The notes below the pieces were generated by a model. It did no database searches. It worked only from the letters and a program-made list of their open reading frames with translations, and was not told the origin of the DNA. DNA of 17,877 bases from an uncultured archaeon (GTDB lineage: Archaea > Iainarchaeota > Iainarchaeia > Iainarchaeales > CSSED10-239). The stretch spans positions 45,632 through 63,508 of the forward strand of contig CAZCAP010000001.1 in NCBI GenBank assembly GCA_964496765.1. Direction: 5' to 3'. Shown in pieces: positions 5,913 through 13,267 of the stretch (the stretch's first letter is position 1; each line of letters opens with the position of its first letter). The position numbers were made by a program, and so were the translations under genes.

Positions 5913-6743
5913 ATGTTAAATGTACTTGAAGTAATAAATAATAGAAAGAAAGGCCAAGCAGCAATAACTGATGCACTCTTCTTTCTAACCATAATTGTAA
6001 CGCTTGCAGTATTATTGTTTAAGTTTTCATCCACCTATGGAGATAGAATTGATCTTGCAACTTCAAATCTTTATTTTAAAGAATATTCTAACTCAGCAAT
6101 GAAAACAATATTTTATTCAGAGGTTCCACTTGATTATTCTCTTAATCTTGAAACCGCAGGAGAAGCAGATTATTTAATGACATCAATTAAAGCAGATTAC
6201 TTTAAAGATGGGGTTATTGGAAAGACACTACCACAAGTAAGTGGAGGGGATCATAATTTAATTAACAAGATATCAGGAATGGATGGAGATGATATTGCGA
6301 AATTTAATCTCTATCACACAATTAAAGCTGTTATGTATCCTCTACCAACCTATGATTATGTATTCTATTTGTACAACATAGATTTAGAGAGATTTGAATT
6401 TGTTCTAATTAAACTAACTGATTTTGGGGCAATTAGTAATCAAGCCACAAACTATCAAGTAACCTATAGTGATGACCCCTTCCAAAAGTATTATCTGTGT
6501 AATCCAAATAGTTATTCTGAGATTAGAACTCTAGTTGAAAAAGTAAATAGAGTATACGCATCATCAATACCTCTACAATTTGTTGTAAATAATGTGGATA
6601 GGCAAATAAATAATACGTTTGCAACCTGGGCAGCAACCACAGCAATCACAGAGGATGATCTAGTAAATGATTACATGAATTGTATAGAAATAGATGATGA
6701 CCAAATTAAAGAAGATGCAGCTGCAAATCCACTAATGGATTAA
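5913..6743 (+). CDS. Prepilin-like protein, class III signal peptide (NNRKKG|QAAITDALFFLTIIVTLAVLLF), large 276-aa member
   Basis: It has a canonical KKG|QA leader and is the last gene of the cassette. Its acidic C-terminus overlaps the convergent gene at a shared TTAA. Confidence 0.75.
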   Translation: MLNVLEVINNRKKGQAAITDALFFLTIIVTLAVLLFKFSSTYGDRIDLATSNLYFKEYSNSAMKTIFYSEVPLDYSLNLETAGEADYLMTSIKADYFKDGVIGKTLPQVSGGDHNLINKISGMDGDDIAKFNLYHTIKAVMYPLPTYDYVFYLYNIDLERFEFVLIKLTDFGAISNQATNYQVTYSDDPFQKYYLCNPNSYSEIRTLVEKVNRVYASSIPLQFVVNNVDRQINNTFATWAATTAITEDDLVNDYMNCIEIDDDQIKEDAAANPLMD

Positions 6744-7432
6744 AATTTCAATCCTAAATCATCATCAGAATCTTCGTTATCATTATCCAATAAATCTAAA
6801 TCTTCTTCTTCCTTAAGTAATTTAGAAATATCTGTTTTCTTTGTGGGTTTTGTTGTTTCCTTTGCTTTCTTAGAAACCTCTTTTGATTTTTGATTTTCAG
6901 ATTCTTTTTCCCTATCTTTCTTTATTTTATCTTGAATCTCTTTATTCTTTGCTTTATTTATTTCTTCGGTTTTGTTTTCATTTTCAATCTGAATATACAA
7001 ATCATCAACAACAAGTCTTAGTTTATCCCTATCAATTGAAACATCAAAATTATCATCAGTTTGCTTTTCCGTGCTTGGAGATTTAATTCCTGTGTCAGAG
7101 CTTGCTCTATAGTGTTTAGTAACTGCACTCTTAACAATGTTTTTTTCTAACTCAATATTATTTACTTTTAACTCATCATAAATTGCATCAGCAATACTAT
7201 CAAGATCAGGATTAATAACCTCTGACATATCATCAAGAACCTTGTTCATTAGTTCCTTCTTATCCAATGATACATTCGTTGGCACTACTTTTTCAATCTT
7301 GGTTTTAGAATTACCTACAGTAGAATAATCATCAGAAACATCATCTATTGGGCTTGTGGTGTACACAATTTCCCCATCAACAATCTTTCTATAATGTCTT
7401 TTTTCTCGTCTATTTAATGTATTTGCATCCAT
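6740..7432 (-). CDS. Hypothetical acidic / Lys-Glu-rich protein with a C-terminal acidic tip ...EDSDDDLGLKF
   Basis: The long minus-strand ORF has clean coding character. The track start at 7486 is a TTG inside promoter-like AT-rich DNA. The first ATG is at 7432, with tatataat about 30 nt upstream on this strand. The protein has a charged, coiled-coil-like central region and no TM. Confidence 0.6.
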   Translation of the reverse strand: MDANTLNRREKRHYRKIVDGEIVYTTSPIDDVSDDYSTVGNSKTKIEKVVPTNVSLDKKELMNKVLDDMSEVINPDLDSIADAIYDELKVNNIELEKNIVKSAVTKHYRASSDTGIKSPSTEKQTDDNFDVSIDRDKLRLVVDDLYIQIENENKTEEINKAKNKEIQDKIKKDREKESENQKSKEVSKKAKETTKPTKKTDISKLLKEEEDLDLLDNDNEDSDDDLGLKF

Positions 7433-7527
7433 AATTATCAAATTTAGTATATAACAGGTATATAATAATCCTTTTAAATGTTTCAATTATAAATATAATA
7501 TATATTTTAAATAAAAAAGGATTAAAA
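7433..7527. promoter_or_regulatory. AT-rich divergent promoter region between the minus-strand gene 6740..7432 and the plus-strand operon 7528..13154
   Basis: The region contains several TATA-like words (tatataat, ttataaat, tttaaata) on both strands. Exact boxes and transcription starts cannot be assigned by eye. Confidence 0.4.
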
Positions 7528-8049
7528 ATGATTGATATTATCCTAAACTATGTTTGGTTTATTCTTAAGCTATTGGCATTATGTATTGCTTTATCAATTC
7601 CAATACTTATTTTAACTTATATATTTAAGGGATGGTTTGAAAGATCAAAGAAAAGTTTTTTGTTTAAACTATCTCTGGTTACCTATCTAATCTCTCTAAT
7701 TGGAATCTGTTTAATCTATTTCATTCCTGTTTTCAAGATTGGGTTAGGAGATGGCTATGGTTTCTGGAACTATATTGTATTTATTTTCCTACATCTTCTT
7801 TGGTTTATAATAATAAATATCCTAATTACAGCTATAATAATTATATTTGGAATGATAACAAAAGGAATATATGATTCATTCCTAAAAAAGAAAAACTTGA
7901 AAAACAAAAAGAAAGTAAAAGCAATTGAACCAATAAGCATAAAGTTCCTATGGATTAGTTTAATAATCACATGGATTATTATATTTATAGTATATATTGT
8001 GTTCCCTAAATTAATTGCAATGCTATTATACTTAATTTATTTATCTTAA
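7528..8049 (+). CDS. Small integral membrane protein (4-5 TM, basic loop KKKNLKNKKKVK before the last TM), likely co-transcribed with the giant gene
   Basis: It is strongly hydrophobic, and its stop lies 23 nt before the giant ORF start. It contains a GLGDG motif between hydrophobic segments. The antisense ORF 7770..7970 is a shadow. Confidence 0.7.
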   Translation: MIDIILNYVWFILKLLALCIALSIPILILTYIFKGWFERSKKSFLFKLSLVTYLISLIGICLIYFIPVFKIGLGDGYGFWNYIVFIFLHLLWFIIINILITAIIIIFGMITKGIYDSFLKKKNLKNKKKVKAIEPISIKFLWISLIITWIIIFIVYIVFPKLIAMLLYLIYLS

Positions 8050-8072
8050 ATATAAATGGATGATGAGAAACA

Positions 8073-11000
8073 ATGAAAGACTTTGATATCAATAAAATAA
8101 TTACTGTAGTATTCCTCCTATTATTTTCAACAGGTGTATTTGCATACAATGTTGACTATGATAGATTAAATCCAGTAGTAACAAGTACAGTAAATAATAA
8201 ATCAACTCTTTTTTTTGCAGATGCAACATCCAATGCACAGGATCAAATAAATGATTTCGGAGGAGGGTGTTATACTGAGACACTTCCAAAGGAAAGTATT
8301 GAAAAAATATGGAATGATATTCTAGTTAATGGATTTAGAATTGATAAACTCTCATCAAACATAGAAGCAAACACAAATAGAGATACACTTGATAAAAGTG
8401 AAGTGATGTTAACTGACTCAACAACCAAAGGTGGAGATGTTGTTATTAAAAAAGACATGCCTTCACAGATCATGGAACCTCTTGAAACTCCAGGAATCCT
8501 TGGAGAAGTTTGTTCAGGTCCCTATTCATATTCTATTAATTTAAAATCAACTTTAAGAGTAGGAAGATGCGCAGATAATAATGTTGCATGCTATCTCTCA
8601 AGCGGTGGATTGTTTAGACAAAATGGAAACGAAGGTTTCTTTAAAGAAATACAAACAGTTGGGCAGGATATGCTAGACATGGTTGGTGTTAATAAGGTAA
8701 AAGAATTTGCTGGAGAGGTTGTAAATTCAGATCTTAACTTTGATACCAATGTTGATCTAGGAATGTTCTCTGATATGTCAGCTGAAGAATTAGCATACTT
8801 TAGTCAAACACAACTTGTGGATGCTAATAGAACATCAATTGATATTCAAAAAACAAATTTATTATTAGATAAGGCAATTAAGAATAGTTATAAAACAGAC
8901 ACATTCAATGCAAGCATGGAAACAACCTGTTCAGGAGAAAATTGTTATATTAATGTTTATTCTCTATTTGATAAAGTATTTAATCAATACTTCTCAGCAG
9001 ATCTTGTAATGTCTTCAGTATCTCCTCTTCTCTGGAAAGCAGCAACAGGAATATTTGGAAGAGGAACAAACATTCTAAGGAAATACACAGGAATAGATAA
9101 TATTAGTAAGAAGATTGCTGGTAAAGATAAGTTTTTCAAACAAGGTGGGTTTGTTGACAACATTTTAAATAATAGAAATAATCCTCTAAGAGCAATAAGC
9201 AATGCAACAGAACTTAAGACAGCACTAAGAGATGTTGATTCATATTCTAGATTACTTGCAGAAAAACAAGCAACCAATCTTAAGAAACTACAGAGATATG
9301 AGCTTGAACCAGTAATGAATGACTATGTTAAGGTTCTAAAAGATAAGAAACAAATTGATGCTCTAAAGAAAGAATTTTTTGAAGGTGGTAAATTCGCTAA
9401 ACTTAACAAAGCTCAAAAAAGAATATTCTTTGAAGTTGCTCAAGATTATCATGATCAAATTAAAATAACTAAAGCTGTTATTTCTAGTCTAGAAACAGAT
9501 CCTATATATAAAAGTGCATATGAAACAGCAAGAAAAGAACTTCTAAACATATCAACAGGAGAAGTTAAACTAGGAACAACAATTCCAAAAGATATGACTG
9601 ATTTTTATAAAGCACTAACAAAAGAACAATATAAAGCACTTGAAGATAATACTATACAAATAAACAAACTTGCAAAAGACTGGGAAAGCTTTTCTAATGA
9701 TCAAATACCTTGGAAGGAAGGACAAAGCAATCTCAAATCAATAACCGAAAGAAAATTTTACAAACAAGAAGTAAATCCAAATACTGGAGCATTAGAAAAC
9801 AAAGAATATTTAATGAATAAAGTAAAACCAACTGACCAAGGTAATCCAATTAAGATTACAGAAACTGGCGGGGGTGGAAAGGATGCATTTATTCCTCTTG
9901 GTGATGGAAAAGGAACACTGCTTGATAAAAAAAATACATTTGTTACACAAAAAGTAACAGTTAACTTTGCAGATGGCCCACAGGAAATTATAAAATATGT
10001 ACCCTATGCTGAGCAGGTTGATGTTGTTAAAGGAGGAACCTTCTTTACTGATCAGCTACAAGCATTTAAATCAATGCCAGATGTTTATATTGAATATAAA
10101 AGTGTAGCTGGACCAATGAAAAAGGTTAGAGCAACAGATCTTGCTGAATCAGATATTGATCCAGCATATAATTCATTTAATTGGTATCCAATTAAATTAC
10201 AACCAGATGATGTTGTAAAGTATGGTTATGATCCTGTTGAGTTATCAACTGATTTTACAAAAACAGCAAACATACGTTTTGGAGATATGGAAACAGTTTC
10301 TGGAAAAACAATGGAGCTTATGCAAAACCAAGGATGGGTTTCAGGAAAAGGAATTAATTGGATAAATCAAAAAATGAAAGCAATGGATGTTACAAACTTT
10401 AAAAAAAGCCCATTAAACATACTTGCTAATCCATTGAAAGCATATGCCTACAATGTATTCTATTGGGAATTCAAATCTGGTTTTGTTCACAATCCTCTTG
10501 GACTTGATATGTTTAAAGATTATTCACTATACAGAATACCAGATACATACACAGCAGTAATCATACAACCAGGAGAAACAGGAGATGTATACAAGGACGC
10601 ATATATTGATTTCTTTGCTAATGATGGTTCTGATCAGGGAGACCTATTTGAACAATACTTTAACTCAATGCTCTTTTGGATAGTTAAGATTGCAAAGGAA
10701 GGATTATACAATTGGGATATAGGAGCTGCAGAAAGTGTAAGCAATTGGATAAAAGAATTTACTGAAAATCAAATAAGAAGAAGTGCAGTGGATGATATTG
10801 TTCTATTAACTGATGCAGAAAATGGTGGATGTACGAGCTCATGTACAGTTAAGATAGGAGATGGTACAGTTCTTGAAAAAAGAACATTAGATAATTCAAT
10901 GCTTCTTGATACTCAAAAAGAAAATGACCCTTTCACTTCTGATGTAACAACCAATAATCAAGAATCCAATACAATTAACCCAACAATACCAACTATTGAA

Positions 11001-13154
11001 AAATTAAATATAGTTATGTCTGTTCCAAATGGAGTAAAAACACCAAACTATGTTCTTGAAAACACAACTGCAGAAAACACAAAGGATGAAGGACAAACAT
11101 TAATTACCTTCTCCCATCATACAAACTATGATGGAACCATTGCAGGAGATACAACAAAAGATTCTGTAAATCTAGCTCAGGCAAATAATGATGAAACAAC
11201 CTGTTCAGCAAAGATCAGAGATCTTGAATTACTTGGTGTTCCAATTGGTTGGACAGTTAATTGGACAGGAAAAACCTACAGAGCAGGAATGGTTTCTGCA
11301 ATTTCTAGTAACCTTGCATATTATGTTTTATCTGCACCTAGTCATCGTATGATGATGGGTATGGTTGTTGGAGACATTGTCCCACAAATGCTAATCGTAC
11401 CAGAAATAAATAACTGTATTGATGATGAAGAAGGTTATTACACACACATATTTGTTGCTAAAGAAGAATATGAAAGAATTGAAGGAGATCCAAAAAATAA
11501 AATAGGAGACATGGTTTCAAAGGGTGCTGATGGAGTTACTCAAACATTATCAGGAGTAACAAATGGTACAAAGCTTCAGGATGTGGTTCAAGCAGGAGCT
11601 GCAGAAGTTAAGAATCTAGCAGAAACTAAACTAAAGGATAATCCAATTGTTCAAGCTAGATTTGAAACAATAAATAGCACAACAGGTTCTCTTGAAGGTA
11701 AACTTTTCTTCTTTGAGCTTGGAAAAGGTTCAAGCTGTAGAGCAAGTGGATACAATGATAAGGGTGTTGAATACCTAACTGACGCACAAACCAAACAAAC
11801 ACTTGTTATTGATAAAGAAATTGGAGAACTTGCATTAATTGATGAAAAGGGAAATAAAAATATTATTATTCCATCAGAAAAAAAGGACTTTGTAAGATTA
11901 ATTGCAACTAATCTAGGTATTCCAGCAAAGGTAATACCACACAAGATAAGTTACATACCTGTTCCTGATGATAATTCTCCATTGTTCACAATGGATGTTT
12001 ATGGTAATCTAACTATTGAGAACCAGGACGTTCTTTCTTGTCTTAAATCAAACTATAATTCCCAAACAGGATTAACAATGGAAGGATCAGTCCTAACTGA
12101 CTATATTGGTCCAGTAAAAATGATAACAAACAGTAACCCAATTGATCCAACCACTCAATATGATTTAATACCTAAAGGCCTTCTAGGAGCAACAGAGATT
12201 GTTGCTGAGGGAAGTCCAAGGAAGATTGCAGATGGAGCAGGCGCAAAAGCTGTAATCATGGGTAATCGTATGACCAGATTAAGCCCTGTTGAAGGAAAAA
12301 CTGAAGGGGTAGGACAGAACATAGCTATTCAGTTTGAAAGAGGCCAGCTTATTTACAATGGAGAGAAAAACAGCTATATACTCTGGGTTGAGCAAACAGC
12401 AGTAATTAACCAAACTGAGGTTGGAGGACTTAAAACTAATCTTGTAAAATACACAAATGATCAAGGTTGTGAAGAGGTTGCACTTGATTTCAAAATAACT
12501 CCAAAGGAAGGAAGTGGAGAAGCTGCAAAAAAAGCAGCAACAATGAACACTGCTCTTGAAAACGTTGGACCTTTCCAAATGTTTGATACTGCAACTAAAT
12601 CATTTATTTTCTATACAACTCCTGCACCAGAGTGTGAGAAAAGATTAAAAATAATTGATAAGCTCACTGGTCAGGTAATAACTGATCAAGCAATAACAGA
12701 TATTGTTGAAACTCCAGATGGAATGATTGTAACAACCGCTGATGGACAACAGCATAATTTCGCATTCTCTGCAGAGGATGGAGTACCTAAGCTTAAATAC
12801 AATGATGAAACACAAACTCTATTATCTGCTCAGGGTAAGAATGGTGCTTTCTACTATGATCCAAACACAGGTAACTGGTACACAGAGAACGGACACCTAA
12901 TCCCATTCAATCCAGAATACAAGGATGGAATCATGTACAAGACTGGTGAAGATGGTAAAGTTTATGGAACACCAAATGAAAATCCAATGAACATAAACAT
13001 AGGTTCTACTGGTGGAGCAAGCAAGGGATTCAATATACCTCTAACTCCAGAAAAAACCGGAATTGCAATTACCTATGTTGCTGCAATCATCTTTGGATTA
13101 GTTGCAATCTTTGTAATGATTGGTCCAATAAATAGAAAAAAGAAGAAAAAATAA
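8073..13154 (+). CDS. Giant secreted, C-terminally anchored surface protein (1693 aa); candidate adhesin or S-layer-like protein
   Basis: This is a 5-kb uninterrupted ORF. The N-terminal signal peptide is MKDFDINKIITVVFLLLFSTGVFA|YN. A helical K/E-rich segment falls at about nt 9200-9750, and a T/N/P-rich linker at about nt 10925-11000. The C-terminus is PEKTG, then a TM (IAITYVAAIIFGLVAIFVMIGPI), then NRKKKKK. No enzyme motif was recognised. Confidence 0.85.
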   Translation: MKDFDINKIITVVFLLLFSTGVFAYNVDYDRLNPVVTSTVNNKSTLFFADATSNAQDQINDFGGGCYTETLPKESIEKIWNDILVNGFRIDKLSSNIEANTNRDTLDKSEVMLTDSTTKGGDVVIKKDMPSQIMEPLETPGILGEVCSGPYSYSINLKSTLRVGRCADNNVACYLSSGGLFRQNGNEGFFKEIQTVGQDMLDMVGVNKVKEFAGEVVNSDLNFDTNVDLGMFSDMSAEELAYFSQTQLVDANRTSIDIQKTNLLLDKAIKNSYKTDTFNASMETTCSGENCYINVYSLFDKVFNQYFSADLVMSSVSPLLWKAATGIFGRGTNILRKYTGIDNISKKIAGKDKFFKQGGFVDNILNNRNNPLRAISNATELKTALRDVDSYSRLLAEKQATNLKKLQRYELEPVMNDYVKVLKDKKQIDALKKEFFEGGKFAKLNKAQKRIFFEVAQDYHDQIKITKAVISSLETDPIYKSAYETARKELLNISTGEVKLGTTIPKDMTDFYKALTKEQYKALEDNTIQINKLAKDWESFSNDQIPWKEGQSNLKSITERKFYKQEVNPNTGALENKEYLMNKVKPTDQGNPIKITETGGGGKDAFIPLGDGKGTLLDKKNTFVTQKVTVNFADGPQEIIKYVPYAEQVDVVKGGTFFTDQLQAFKSMPDVYIEYKSVAGPMKKVRATDLAESDIDPAYNSFNWYPIKLQPDDVVKYGYDPVELSTDFTKTANIRFGDMETVSGKTMELMQNQGWVSGKGINWINQKMKAMDVTNFKKSPLNILANPLKAYAYNVFYWEFKSGFVHNPLGLDMFKDYSLYRIPDTYTAVIIQPGETGDVYKDAYIDFFANDGSDQGDLFEQYFNSMLFWIVKIAKEGLYNWDIGAAESVSNWIKEFTENQIRRSAVDDIVLLTDAENGGCTSSCTVKIGDGTVLEKRTLDNSMLLDTQKENDPFTSDVTTNNQESNTINPTIPTIEKLNIVMSVPNGVKTPNYVLENTTAENTKDEGQTLITFSHHTNYDGTIAGDTTKDSVNLAQANNDETTCSAKIRDLELLGVPIGWTVNWTGKTYRAGMVSAISSNLAYYVLSAPSHRMMMGMVVGDIVPQMLIVPEINNCIDDEEGYYTHIFVAKEEYERIEGDPKNKIGDMVSKGADGVTQTLSGVTNGTKLQDVVQAGAAEVKNLAETKLKDNPIVQARFETINSTTGSLEGKLFFFELGKGSSCRASGYNDKGVEYLTDAQTKQTLVIDKEIGELALIDEKGNKNIIIPSEKKDFVRLIATNLGIPAKVIPHKISYIPVPDDNSPLFTMDVYGNLTIENQDVLSCLKSNYNSQTGLTMEGSVLTDYIGPVKMITNSNPIDPTTQYDLIPKGLLGATEIVAEGSPRKIADGAGAKAVIMGNRMTRLSPVEGKTEGVGQNIAIQFERGQLIYNGEKNSYILWVEQTAVINQTEVGGLKTNLVKYTNDQGCEEVALDFKITPKEGSGEAAKKAATMNTALENVGPFQMFDTATKSFIFYTTPAPECEKRLKIIDKLTGQVITDQAITDIVETPDGMIVTTADGQQHNFAFSAEDGVPKLKYNDETQTLLSAQGKNGAFYYDPNTGNWYTENGHLIPFNPEYKDGIMYKTGEDGKVYGTPNENPMNINIGSTGGASKGFNIPLTPEKTGIAITYVAAIIFGLVAIFVMIGPINRKKKKK

Positions 13155-13156
13155 AG

Positions 13157-13185
13157 TTTCTTCTTTTTTTTAAATCTTTTTCTTA
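13157..13185 (+). terminator. Oligo-T terminator candidates after the giant gene (T8 at 13164-13171, T5 at 13177-13181)
   Basis: tttcttcttttttttaaatctttttctt lies immediately after the stop codon. Archaeal terminators are oligo-T runs. Confidence 0.45.
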
Positions 13186-13267
13186 AAATATATATATTTA
13201 TAAAGTATTTCTAAGTAAATTATATATAAATTAATTTATTAAATATTAAAAGTGATTGTGATAAAAT

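Noticed and set aside
8059-8072. ATGATGA just upstream of the giant gene (C-box-like), and TTGATGA at 1553, as possible C/D-box sRNA signatures.
   Set aside because: No CTGA D box or C'/D' elements lie at the expected 50-70 nt distance. The sequences are better explained as RBS and start-codon context.
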